DNA of 14,034 nt from a virus: the IMG/VR virus record IMGVR_UViG_3300029610_000052; one strand, 5' to 3'. The position numbers and the translations under genes were made by a program. Within the stretch, counting starts at the first letter, position 1. Each line of letters starts with the position of its first letter. The notes under the pieces were generated by a model. It searched no databases. It was not told the DNA's origin and saw only the letters and a list, made by a program, of their open reading frames with translations. Below are positions 1 to 7,947 of the stretch, piece after piece.

Positions 1-99
1 TCCGCTACTGCGTTCTGCAACTGCGTAGCGACTTCCCGGACACCCACGTCGTCGCTGGTTGCGCCGTCATTTGCTTCTGCCATGATGCGCACACCGACC
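1..99. repeat. Left copy of a 99-bp terminal direct repeat, identical to 13936..14034. This is the signature of a circular assembly path.
   Basis: Direct comparison shows that tccgctactgcgttctgcaactgcgtagcg...catgatgcgcacaccgacc occurs at both ends with a constant offset of 13,935. The repeat lies inside the tape measure coding sequence. Confidence 0.95.
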
Positions 100-2105
100 T
101 TGACGGACAAATCCGCATACTCCGAGGCATCAATTTTCCCGTCCGCCACCGCCGAATCGAATGCTTCCTGAACCTGTTTTCCGATGTCCGTCCAGACGTT
201 GCTGGTCAGCTTGATTCCGTTCTTGTATTCCAGATTGATTTGGTCGAGGTTCTTCTGAATCGCGTCCTGCATCGAAACCGCATCCGGTGCCTCAAAATCC
301 AGTTCGAAGGCATCCGCATGTCGGCGGAACTCCTCTGCTTCTGCACCGGCCGCCTTGATAGCCAGTGTCAGTCCGCCGCCGATCAGCGCTACACCCGCCG
401 CAGCCCAGCCAAACGGGCCGGTCATGACGCTCGCCAGCACCTTGCCTGCCGTAATCATTTTCCCGATGCCCGTCAGCGTCGGGCCGAGTGCCGCCGCCAT
501 CAGTCCCAGATTCACGATTGTCTGCTGTGTGCCTGCGTCCAGCTGTCCAACATAATCCGCGACGCCGCCAATCGCGTTCGTAACAGCATCGACCGCCGGA
601 TACAGATTCTGTGCAAGCTCCACACCGGTATTTTTGAGTCGGTTCATCGCACCTTCCAGCTGTGCCGATCGGCTGGAGACGCGCGTCTCAAACGCTGCAT
701 CCAGTGTGCCGGATGCACTGGTCATTTCCGCCAAAATGCTGTGATACTTGTCCGCCGCCGTTGTGCCAAGCATCATGACGGCGTTCAAGCCTTCGACGCT
801 GCCGAACAGCTTGCCCAGCTTCTCCGAATCGCCTTCTGTCACCGAAGCGATTTCTGCCAAGAAGCCGGTAAACCCCTTCGCTTTCAGTCCGGCGGCAGAG
901 AAGTCGATGCCCAGTTCCTTTGCCATTTCTGCCGCTTCGGATGTCGGCTTGATAACAGCAGACAACACACCGCGCAAGCCCGTGATGGCACTGGAAGTAG
1001 ACAAGCCGCCTGCCGTCAGCGCCGCGACACTCGACAGCACTTCCTCCATCGACAAGCTCAACTGCGGCGCAAGACCGGACACCTGACCAATCTGCGAGGA
1101 CAGCTCGCCGACCGTCGTTTTGCCCAAGTTCTGCGCCGTTATCATGCTGTCCAGAATGTGATCCAGACCGCCGCTCGCTTTCGCGCCCCACGCATTGTAG
1201 ATGGAGGACGCGCCATTGATGACCGTCGAAGCGTCCGAACGACCTGCCTTGCCCGCCATAGCCGCCCGCTCTGCCCAGTACGCCGCATCCTCCGGCGCAA
1301 CACCTGCGCTGATGGCATCATAGGTCGCGCTTGCCAGCTCCGTCGCCGCTGTGTGCGCATCATTGCTGGCATCTATCAGCTCATCCGTCAAGTCTCGAAT
1401 CTGCTGCTGCCGCTGCTCCTGCGTGCCGCTCAGCACACCCGGAAGCGTCGCCACCTCATAGACCGCATCTTCCAGCTCCATGCCGTATTTGACGCTTGCT
1501 GTTCCCATGCCGACAATCGGCAGCGTCAGCACCTTCGTCAGCGCCTTGCCCGCCTGCGTCGCGCCTTTCGCCAGCTTGTCCAGTGCCTCACCGTAGTGCT
1601 TCGCATTTTCCGCCGCACTGCGCTGCTGGTTTCCGGCTTCACTGGTTGATTCCGCCAGATTTGCCTGTGCGGATGCTGCATCATCCGCCGCCTGTCCCGT
1701 TTCCTCCGTCGCATCCCCCAGCGCCTGCTGCTGTTCCTGCGCCTTCTGCATCGCCGCATTGCATTTCTGGATTTCCGCCGTCAGCTTCGCTTCATCCGTC
1801 TGCGATTTCAGGATTTTCAAATCCAGCTGTTCCAGCTTGCTTGCATCCGCACCGGGCGTCTGTGCATAGGCATCCCGCGCCTGTTGGAGCGTCGCGGTTT
1901 TCTTGCGCTGCTCCTCCAGCTGCTTCGTCAGCAGTTCCGACTGCTTGCCAAAGTAGTCGCTGTTTTGGGAATTGGCATATGTCGCTTCCAGCAATTTCAT
2001 TTCCGCCGCGTTCCGGCGCATTGCCTTGTTCGCCGTGTCCAGCTGGCTCGCAAACTGCTCTGCACCTTCCACGCGCAGCGTAATGCCGCTTACCCTGATT
2101 GACAT
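1..2105 (-). CDS. Tail tape measure protein, N-terminal ~700 codons. The gene continues across the contig ends into 13935..12555.
   Basis: Manual minus-strand translation starts at ATG 2105..2103, preceded by AAGGTGAG. It reads MSIRVSGITLRVEGAEQFASQLDTANKAMRRNAAEMKLLEATY..., a coiled-coil N-terminus. It continues with a TP901-type core (...ELASATYDAISAGVAPEDAAYW...) and a Gly/Ala-rich hydrophobic segment (GLMAAALGPTLTGIGKMITAGKVLASV...). I saw no stop in this frame down to position 1. It reads ...DLSVKVGVRIMAEANDG, which is the start of the tracked ORF 12555..14027. It is absent from the ORF track because it has no in-window stop. Confidence 0.85.
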   Translation of the reverse strand, partial: MSIRVSGITLRVEGAEQFASQLDTANKAMRRNAAEMKLLEATYANSQNSDYFGKQSELLTKQLEEQRKKTATLQQARDAYAQTPGADASKLEQLDLKILKSQTDEAKLTAEIQKCNAAMQKAQEQQQALGDATEETGQAADDAASAQANLAESTSEAGNQQRSAAENAKHYGEALDKLAKGATQAGKALTKVLTLPIVGMGTASVKYGMELEDAVYEVATLPGVLSGTQEQRQQQIRDLTDELIDASNDAHTAATELASATYDAISAGVAPEDAAYWAERAAMAGKAGRSDASTVINGASSIYNAWGAKASGGLDHILDSMITAQNLGKTTVGELSSQIGQVSGLAPQLSLSMEEVLSSVAALTAGGLSTSSAITGLRGVLSAVIKPTSEAAEMAKELGIDFSAAGLKAKGFTGFLAEIASVTEGDSEKLGKLFGSVEGLNAVMMLGTTAADKYHSILAEMTSASGTLDAAFETRVSSRSAQLEGAMNRLKNTGVELAQNLYPAVDAVTNAIGGVADYVGQLDAGTQQTIVNLGLMAAALGPTLTGIGKMITAGKVLASVMTGPFGWAAAGVALIGGGLTLAIKAAGAEAEEFRRHADAFELDFEAPDAVSMQDAIQKNLDQINLEYKNGIKLTSNVWTDIGKQVQEAFDSAVADGKIDASEYADLSVKVGVRIMAEANDGATSDDVGVREVATQLQNAVA

Positions 2106-2117
2106 CTTCTCACCTTC

Positions 2118-2300
2118 TTACCAGCCAATTTCGTCTGCGAATTGCACTTTGCGCGGCGCTTGCTCATTTTCACCGATCGTTTCTTCCAGCAGTGCATGAA
2201 ACACAGTCGGTGTCAAGTGCCAAAATTCATCCACTGTCAGCCCAAGCACCCTCTTCGCCGCCAGCAGAATCATTTCCCAGCGCCATTCACCGGCGTCGTT
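2118..2300 (-). CDS. T-part (-1 frame extension) of the tail assembly chaperone G-T fusion.
   Basis: After the A9 run the -1 frame stays open for 60 codons (NDAGEWRWEMILLAAKRVLGLTVDEFWHLTPTVFHALLEETIGENEQAPRKVQFADEIGW) and ends at TAA 2120..2118, just before the TMP start. The +1 frame stops after 3 codons. Both the position and the LG-x-T-x-x-EFW-x-LTP motif fit phage gpT-like chaperone extensions. Confidence 0.6.
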   Translation of the reverse strand, partial: NDAGEWRWEMILLAAKRVLGLTVDEFWHLTPTVFHALLEETIGENEQAPRKVQFADEIGW

Positions 2301-2650
2301 TTTTTTTGCGCACTGCGCGGCATTTTGCCGACAATCTCCACCTGCGCCGCCCGCGCCAGCAGCGCAAATTCCCGCATATCCAGCGACATCAGCGTCTTCG
2401 CCGAAATGCTCTGACCTGCTTCTTCCATCAGAATACGGACAATTTCCGCCTGCTCCGAAAGTGGCAGCGACTGCGGCTTGCCATTATCATCCTCTGCTTG
2501 CAGCATCATCAGCACTGTTTCCAAGTACGGGCGTTTCAGGCTTGCTTCCATCTTCATCGCCGCCTGAAGCGTGAAGAACAGGCGCACATGCGTCCCGGCT
2601 ACTTCAATCTCCGTCGGCACATATGCCGTCGCAAACTGCACACTATCCAT
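2270..2650 (-). CDS. Tail assembly chaperone (gpG-like), 126 aa.
   Basis: This is tracked ORF 2270..2668, trimmed to ATG 2650, which is preceded by AGGAGGAAAAGC. It sits between the major tail protein and the tape measure, is small and acidic, and carries a slippery run near its 3' end. Confidence 0.7.
   Translation of the reverse strand: MDSVQFATAYVPTEIEVAGTHVRLFFTLQAAMKMEASLKRPYLETVLMMLQAEDDNGKPQSLPLSEQAEIVRILMEEAGQSISAKTLMSLDMREFALLARAAQVEIVGKMPRSAQKKTTPVNGAGK
2299..2307 (-). promoter_or_regulatory. Putative -1 programmed ribosomal frameshift site (A9 homopolymer, codons CAA AAA AAA ACG).
   Basis: A run of nine T on the plus strand (2299..2307) gives A AAA AAA A on the coding strand. It lies 9 codons before the gpG-like stop, and the -1 frame is open through to the TMP start. 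Confidence 0.6.
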
Positions 2651-2674
2651 GCTTTTCCTCCTATTCATTGCAAA

Positions 2675-2708
2675 ATGGAGCAGCAGTCCCGAAAGGCTGC
2701 CGCTCCAT
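2675..2708 (-). terminator. Hairpin with a short U-run between the major tail protein and chaperone genes. It is a possible partial terminator or attenuator.
   Basis: ATGGAGCAGCAG (2675..2686) pairs with CTGCCGCTCCAT (2697..2708), a 12-bp stem with 1 mismatch and a 10-nt loop. On the minus strand it is followed by TTTTG (plus-strand AAAA at 2671..2674). It lies in the 63-nt gap after the MTP stop. Confidence 0.35.
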
Positions 2709-2713
2709 TCATC

Positions 2714-3322
2714 TTATTTTGCCGATTCCGCGCCGTCCAGCGCCATAACCTTTTCCAGCGTATTCGGCTGCTTCTCAAAGAACTCCTGCGGCGTCAGCGG
2801 CTTCGTTACGCCGTTCGTGTAATAGCGCACACGCCAGATGCCTTCATTCGTCGGCATGATGTCCACCGTGCGCCCCACAGACGGGTCAACCGGCGTATTG
2901 GTGCGCGTCTGGTGAGTCTCATCGTCGCTGTAAGAGAGCTTGCACTGCGGATGATAGTAGTACGTCTTGCTGCCGTCACTATTGCCGCACCAGTACCCGC
3001 AGGCGAACGTCGGCTTGATAGGCTGTGCAACATCCGCCGCAGCGCATCCCTTCTTCACCGAGCCGTCCGCACGGTCGGTGAACTCGCGCGGCAGTGCCAC
3101 GCTGGACAGGCTCAACGTCGGTTCAGTAACCGTGCTGACCGTATCATAGATGACACCCGACGCATGAATCGTCTGCTTCTGTTCGCTCGGCTTAACACCG
3201 ATAGACTTGACAACCGGAAGCTGCAAGTCCAGCGCCTCGTTGCCATTGTCATCCGCATCGAAATGCACAAAGAAGTCGTAAACCGTCAACTCATAGGGCG
3301 GTTTGATGAGTGTCGTTGCCAT
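2714..3322 (-). CDS. Major tail (tube) protein, 202 aa.
   Basis: This is tracked ORF 2714..3394, trimmed to ATG 3322 (MATTLIKPPYELTVYDFF...), which is preceded by AAAGGGAAAAACA. It lies immediately upstream of the chaperone and TMP genes. Its size and beta-rich composition are typical of siphovirus tube proteins. Confidence 0.8.
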   Translation of the reverse strand: MATTLIKPPYELTVYDFFVHFDADDNGNEALDLQLPVVKSIGVKPSEQKQTIHASGVIYDTVSTVTEPTLSLSSVALPREFTDRADGSVKKGCAAADVAQPIKPTFACGYWCGNSDGSKTYYYHPQCKLSYSDDETHQTRTNTPVDPSVGRTVDIMPTNEGIWRVRYYTNGVTKPLTPQEFFEKQPNTLEKVMALDGAESAK

Positions 3323-3350
3323 TGTTTTTCCCTTTCTGCCGCATTGCGGC

Positions 3351-3797
3351 TTACATTCCCGCTTCACCAAGCGCCGATGCAATGGCGCTGTCAATACGCT
3401 GTTCCATCGCGCTCAGTGCCGCTTCTTCGCTTTCTTCAAAGCCCGGCTCAAAGTGTCGCAGGACGCGCTTCGACGAATACTCCAAGATACGCCCGTAATC
3501 GTCCGTTGAACGCACCGCACGGTTGCGACCATGATTGCGATAACCGGCGCGCGCTACGGCAATCTTTGCCCAACCAAGCATTGCACCGGATGATGTTTCA
3601 TTGCTCCACGAGCGATAAGTAATAGAAGAAAGCAGCTTGCCCGTCGGATTCTTCGCTTGCGAAGAAATCTGCCCCTGTACGGCCGTGCGCACAATCTCTG
3701 CGCCCGCTTCTGCCGCACTGCGCAGTACATCTGGCGAAGCCGCCGCCGAAAGATTCAGCTGCCGCTGACTGCTGTCACCCTTGCATGAGTAGCGCAT
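3351..3797 (-). CDS. HK97 gp10-family neck or tail-completion protein, 148 aa.
   Basis: This is tracked ORF 3351..3926, trimmed to ATG 3797, which is preceded by CAGGAGGCTGAAA. The motifs NPTGKLLSSITY and YGRILEYSSKRVLRHFEPGF resemble the TG-x-L-x-x-SI and (E)YG...PF signatures of the HK97 gp10 family. Confidence 0.65.
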   Translation of the reverse strand: MRYSCKGDSSQRQLNLSAAASPDVLRSAAEAGAEIVRTAVQGQISSQAKNPTGKLLSSITYRSWSNETSSGAMLGWAKIAVARAGYRNHGRNRAVRSTDDYGRILEYSSKRVLRHFEPGFEESEEAALSAMEQRIDSAIASALGEAGM

Positions 3798-3799
3798 TT

Positions 3800-4219
3800 T
3801 CAGCCTCCTGTATGCCAAATCACACTGATGCTCTGCGTGTACACCCTGCGCTTCACCGTGTCCACCCAGACGCCTTCCTGCGCCTGTGCGTGTGTGATAC
3901 CAGTGACATGCTCCTCCAAATCGCACTGGACATCAAAGGCAAACATCAGCGCGTGACGGAGCTGTCTCCACGCTGCCGTCTGTTCCTTCGTACCGGCGCG
4001 CGGAATCCAGATGGACATTTCCATCGTGTAGCACACAGCGTACAGTTCCCCGCTTGCATAGCGCGGTTCAATGCCCAGCTGCCGCCATGTAATGTATACA
4101 GTGCTCTGCGCCTGCTGGCGCTTGACTTCATCTGGAGACAGCGGCTCTTCGCAGGCGGGGCAGGTGATGCCCGCCGCCTGAAGCCGCTTGGCAAGCCATG
4201 CGTTCACATCAAAGGTCAT
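3800..4219 (-). CDS. Neck or head-tail joining protein, family not recognised, 139 aa.
   Basis: This is tracked ORF 3800..4228, trimmed to ATG 4219 (MTFDVNAWLAKRLQ...), which is preceded by GGTGGGGAGTGG. It is tightly packed between the head-closure gene and the gp10-like gene. The function is assigned by position only. Confidence 0.4.
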   Translation of the reverse strand: MTFDVNAWLAKRLQAAGITCPACEEPLSPDEVKRQQAQSTVYITWRQLGIEPRYASGELYAVCYTMEMSIWIPRAGTKEQTAAWRQLRHALMFAFDVQCDLEEHVTGITHAQAQEGVWVDTVKRRVYTQSISVIWHTGG

Positions 4220-4559
4220 GCACACCACTCCCCACCATTTCAGTCAGTACACAGCGCAGCTTCGAGAAGCCACGCCGAGGCGTATCTGGCAGCACTTCTG
4301 TCACCTCATACGCCCCGCCATCATACACCACACGCAGACCCGGCAGAAGGCGGTATTGCAGCGGCGTTCGCAGGATGACGCTGAGCACCCCGGAGGAATA
4401 TTCAGCGCCGCCTGCTGCCAGTGCTTTGTCGCTAAGATGGTAGACCTCTGCATAGCTCTGCCACAGGAATCCATAGTCCACCTGTCCGTCGCCTGTGTCG
4501 ATATTCGCTTCACGGCGGTAGAGCTGCACCACACAGTGCAAATCGCCTGTTTGACGCAT
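4209..4559 (-). CDS. Head closure or head-tail adaptor protein (SPP1 gp16 / HK97 gp7-like), 116 aa.
   Basis: ATG 4559 is preceded by GGAGGAG. The size, position and pattern (MRQTGDLHCVVQLYRR...WQSYAEV...VILRTP...RVVYDGGAYEVTEV) are typical of the phage head-tail adaptor family. Confidence 0.7.
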   Translation of the reverse strand: MRQTGDLHCVVQLYRREANIDTGDGQVDYGFLWQSYAEVYHLSDKALAAGGAEYSSGVLSVILRTPLQYRLLPGLRVVYDGGAYEVTEVLPDTPRRGFSKLRCVLTEMVGSGVHDL

Positions 4560-4562
4560 CGG

Positions 4563-4862
4563 CTACTCCTCCGTCTTGCGGGTTTTCGGATGCTGTGCAA
4601 GTATCGCGTCAATGCCCTTGGGAATGAGCATCGCCGACCCGTTTCCCGCAATGATTACACCACGGTTGTCATACCAGTGCGTTGCCAGCATCATGCAAGC
4701 AAGGTCGTACAGCGGGTCACTTTCGCCTTCTGCCGGTTCAACCAAATCTGCATCAAAGAGATACTGTTTCGCCGCCCGAAGGCAGATGTCCATCAAGGCC
4801 TGCTGCGATGACTCAGGCGTGAAGTAGCCATAGTCACGCAGCAGGTCTGCCGCCGTTGCCAT
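4563..4862 (-). CDS. gp6-like head-tail connector (DNA-packaging/adaptor) protein, 99 aa.
   Basis: It lies immediately downstream of the capsid gene. It has an acidic alpha-helical sequence with ...LATHWYDNRG..., typical of gp6-like connector proteins. Confidence 0.7.
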   Translation of the reverse strand: MATAADLLRDYGYFTPESSQQALMDICLRAAKQYLFDADLVEPAEGESDPLYDLACMMLATHWYDNRGVIIAGNGSAMLIPKGIDAILAQHPKTRKTEE

Positions 4863-4864
4863 GA

Positions 4865-6037
4865 TTAGCCGCCCACGCCGGTCGGCTTGACCGTCGCAAG
4901 GCGGAAAGCCGCATCCATCAGGCGCTTGATGTCATACACGCAATCCTCCGTGAAGATGGTGACGCCCGTTTCCACGCTCTTGCCCATGTCCATGAACGGC
5001 GCGCAGTCGTAGTTGATATGCAGATAGCTGAAATCGCCCACAACCGGCACGGTCGCCTTGTCCACGAAGTCCACCGGATATCCGAGAATCTGCGCCGGTT
5101 TGCCAGAGAACAGGCTTTCCGAGCCGTTCGCCAGTGCCATCATCAGCGCATAGTAATCCTGCCGGCGCATCGCAATCGAAGCGTTATCCTGATAAATGTC
5201 CTCCAGGTCGCCGGCAGCCGCCACAATCGCGCCGAGCAGAGATTCCGCTTCCATCTGCTTGATGATGTAGTCGGAACTCTTCTTCGCGTAAAGCGACATG
5301 TCTTCTTCGCCGCTGACAGGAGCCGTTGCAAAGATGCTGCGCAGTTCGCGGAGCGTCATGGCGCTGTCCAGCCCGCGCAGCACTGCGCCCTGAATGTCCA
5401 GCGGAGAGGAACGCAGGAGCGTCGTGGAGACCTTGCACATCAAGTGCATCTTGTGGCGGCCGAAATCAACCGTCTCACCTGCGCCCTTCAATTCCTTCGC
5501 AGTTTCGCCATCCTTCGCCGCATACGAATCATCATCAATGGTGAATGCCAGCTTCGGCAGGGACAGCCCCGTCACGTTGGTCACGCCCATGCGGCTGCGC
5601 AGGGGGTTGACCTTCTGCGGCTGGAGAAGCAGACGTTCAGAAAGCTTCTTCGGCAGAAGCGCAGAGCCATTGCCTTGATCCTCGCTGCCCGCCGGAATCG
5701 CGCCCAGCTGTTCATACGCCATGCTGGTGATTTCGCTCTTGCCGCCCGTCGCCAGATGACGCAGGTACATGCCTGTCGCCTGCTCAAACGTCATTTCTGC
5801 GCCGCCCTGACCGCCTTCACGGGCAGCACGCGCACGAGATTCCGCCGCCACGCGGTCGCACTCTTTCTGGAGAATCGCACGGCGCTCCACGAGGTCGCTC
5901 ACGCGCTGCTGGCAGGCACGAATGTCCTCCATCTTCGCACCGGCATCGCTCGCCATGTCAATGCCGTTCCGGCGCTCCGTCGCAATCGTCCGGTCGAGAT
6001 CGGCAATCTGCTCCTGAAGTTCAAACATCGTAGCCAT
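4865..6037 (-). CDS. Major capsid protein, HK97 fold/family, 390 aa with an N-terminal coiled-coil delta-like domain.
   Basis: This is tracked ORF 4865..6169, trimmed to ATG 6037 (MATMFELQEQIADLDRTIATERRN...), which is preceded by GAAAGGAAAAGAAA. It follows the prohead protease. The C-terminal part (...GYPVDFVDKATVPVVGDFSYLHINYD...AAFRLATV) is typical of HK97-family capsid proteins. Confidence 0.9.
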   Translation of the reverse strand: MATMFELQEQIADLDRTIATERRNGIDMASDAGAKMEDIRACQQRVSDLVERRAILQKECDRVAAESRARAAREGGQGGAEMTFEQATGMYLRHLATGGKSEITSMAYEQLGAIPAGSEDQGNGSALLPKKLSERLLLQPQKVNPLRSRMGVTNVTGLSLPKLAFTIDDDSYAAKDGETAKELKGAGETVDFGRHKMHLMCKVSTTLLRSSPLDIQGAVLRGLDSAMTLRELRSIFATAPVSGEEDMSLYAKKSSDYIIKQMEAESLLGAIVAAAGDLEDIYQDNASIAMRRQDYYALMMALANGSESLFSGKPAQILGYPVDFVDKATVPVVGDFSYLHINYDCAPFMDMGKSVETGVTIFTEDCVYDIKRLMDAAFRLATVKPTGVGG

Positions 6038-6071
6038 TTTCTTTTCCTTTCTGCCGTTTCCGGCTATCGCA

Positions 6072-6782
6072 TCATTTGATGCCTTCAAAAAAACGCAGGT
6101 ACTCCTGCCGCTCTTTGTCTCGCTTCTGCGCCTCTGCGGCAGCCTGTGCCATGCGCAGCGTCTGCTCATGCGATGCTGCCATGTACACCTGCATGAGTTC
6201 GTGGCTCATCTGGGCGCTCTCTGCGGGGTTCGCGATGCTCTCTGCAAAGCCATTCTCGACAGCGCTCGCTGCCGTCATCGTCGTTTCCCGCGTCATCATT
6301 TCGGAAAGCTCTGCCTCTGATTTTCCCGTTGCTTCATGATAGGCAGCAAGCACTGCCGTTTTGATAGCTCGCAGGAAGCGCACGCTCTTGTCCAGTTCAT
6401 CCGCCGTACCGCTGGCAGAAGTCGCCGGGTCGTGAATCAATATCGTCCCAACCGGCGAGATCATCCTGTTTCGGCGCGGAACGGCGCATAGCGGCAGCGT
6501 TGCCGCCGAATATGCGCGCACAATGTGGCAGTGCGTTTCGCCCTTGCGATTTCGCAGCGCTTCATACATAGCGATTCCCGCCGCCACATCCCCGCCGTTG
6601 GAATCAATCACGACAGTCAGTTCTTCGCCTTCCAGCGCCTTGAGCTGTGCATCGAACTCTGCACTGCAAGCGAACTGCTCTCCATCCTCCGACCACCACG
6701 GTCTGCTGGTTACAATCGGGCCGGTCAGCTCCAAGCGATGACCGCCGCCCTTCATGGTTGCGAAACGGAAAAAGTCATCCAT
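6072..6782 (-). CDS. ClpP-like (S14) prohead maturation protease, 236 aa.
   Basis: The motifs VVIDSNGGDVAAGIAMYEAL and VRAYSAATLPL resemble the ClpP/phage head protease signatures INSPGG-x-V and A-x-SAA. It sits between the portal and capsid genes and overlaps the portal 3' end by 8 nt. Confidence 0.9.
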   Translation of the reverse strand: MDDFFRFATMKGGGHRLELTGPIVTSRPWWSEDGEQFACSAEFDAQLKALEGEELTVVIDSNGGDVAAGIAMYEALRNRKGETHCHIVRAYSAATLPLCAVPRRNRMISPVGTILIHDPATSASGTADELDKSVRFLRAIKTAVLAAYHEATGKSEAELSEMMTRETTMTAASAVENGFAESIANPAESAQMSHELMQVYMAASHEQTLRMAQAAAEAQKRDKERQEYLRFFEGIK

Positions 6783-7947
6783 CTGCTTCTCCTCCTAAAT
6801 GGTCTTCCAGCGGGTGCAGGTCGCCGGAGACAAAGGTCACATCGCCGCCCTTGACGGGCGGGAAGCCGTTGCGCTGCTTGCCCTGATTGATGGTCATCAT
6901 GCCCGATCGGACAAGCATCTGGTCAACCGTCGCGCGTGTCTGCGCATCCGAGATTGTCAGACCAGAGGAGTCAATCTCGATTCGGTAGCCATCCTGAACA
7001 TCCTGATACGTCAGCAGCTTCATCTGCATTTCCGCCTCATACATCTTCGCGGTCGGGATCAGGCGCTGAAGGAACTCCAGCTGTTGCTGTTCCTGCGAAG
7101 AATAGCTGCTCTGGCTGTAGTCGCCCAATTCAGCCGGAGGAATCCCGTAGACACGCGACGCACGCGTGACCATCATCCGGTCAACCTCCAGCATTCGGCC
7201 CTCGGAGATGGTGCGCTCCACGCTGCTCATTTTCGCACCGCCGCCGATAACCGCCAGCGAATTGTTGCTGCGCGCGTAGTTTTTCAGGAATCCTTCCACG
7301 ATTTCCTTGCTTCGTTGGTCGCCCGGATTGCCCGGCACTTCCAGCACCAGCACACCCGCAATTCCCTTCGCCTGTTTCAGCGAGAAATCGCGCATCTGTA
7401 CTGCATACTCCATTGAACCGGCAAGCACCGACAGCGGGTTAATGCCCTTGTCGGCATTATCTGTCACATGCCGAACGTGCAGCATCGACCGTTCCGGAAT
7501 ATAGATGGTTGGCGCATCCTTCGCAGGCATGTAGCGATACCACAGGTCGCCCGTGTCGCGGTCGCGCATCGGCTCAATCTCTGCCGGGTTGAGCAGTTCC
7601 AGCGACATTACTGCGCCGCTGCCATCCCGCGAAATGTAGGAATATGCATTGCCGGTTGCGTTCCGGCAGACCTCCATCCCCTGCATCCATGTATAAGGCG
7701 TATAGCCAGACGCTGGACGGTACGTCAGGACACGATGCAACGGATGCTCTTTCGCCTCTTCCCAGCCCTTGCGAATTGTCATAGGCATGGCGGCGAACGT
7801 GTTCGCCAGAAGCGTCACCGCACCGAAAACCGCTTCACTGTCCTGCATCTGCCGTGATGCCGTTGTTTGCCATGATGGTTCAAGCCGGAAAGTTTCCCCC
7901 GCTTTTCGTGGGGAAAACTTTGATTTCAGCCGTGCCATTATGCCCAC
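6775..7947 (-). CDS. Portal protein, HK97 family, ~390 aa.
   Basis: This is the tracked ORF. GTG 7947 has GGAGGTGA 7 nt upstream. An alternative ATG at 7938 overlaps the terminase stop (TAATG). It lies directly downstream of the large terminase, and its size and sequence pattern fit HK97-type portals. Confidence 0.9.
   Translation of the reverse strand: MGIMARLKSKFSPRKAGETFRLEPSWQTTASRQMQDSEAVFGAVTLLANTFAAMPMTIRKGWEEAKEHPLHRVLTYRPASGYTPYTWMQGMEVCRNATGNAYSYISRDGSGAVMSLELLNPAEIEPMRDRDTGDLWYRYMPAKDAPTIYIPERSMLHVRHVTDNADKGINPLSVLAGSMEYAVQMRDFSLKQAKGIAGVLVLEVPGNPGDQRSKEIVEGFLKNYARSNNSLAVIGGGAKMSSVERTISEGRMLEVDRMMVTRASRVYGIPPAELGDYSQSSYSSQEQQQLEFLQRLIPTAKMYEAEMQMKLLTYQDVQDGYRIEIDSSGLTISDAQTRATVDQMLVRSGMMTINQGKQRNGFPPVKGGDVTFVSGDLHPLEDHLGGEADG

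Noticed and set aside
240-1649. A 469-aa plus-strand ORF, together with 1496..2083, covering the left end of the window.
   Set aside because: The sequence is Arg/His/Cys/Gln-rich and low-complexity, with a TTG start and no ribosome-binding site. It lies antisense to a minus-strand frame that translates into a clean tape measure protein. It is a GC-rich shadow ORF.
2099-3622. A 507-aa plus-strand ORF spanning the chaperone, major tail and gp10-like genes.
   Set aside because: It has the same Arg/His-rich shadow composition. It runs antisense across three well-supported minus-strand genes that have ribosome-binding sites.
5018-6079. A 353-aa plus-strand ORF. Similar ORFs are at 8037..9116, 9255..9848, 9670..10479 and 10197..10649.
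   Set aside because: These are antisense shadows of the capsid, terminase and HNH genes. They are Arg-rich with no ribosome-binding site, and they break the obvious operon logic.
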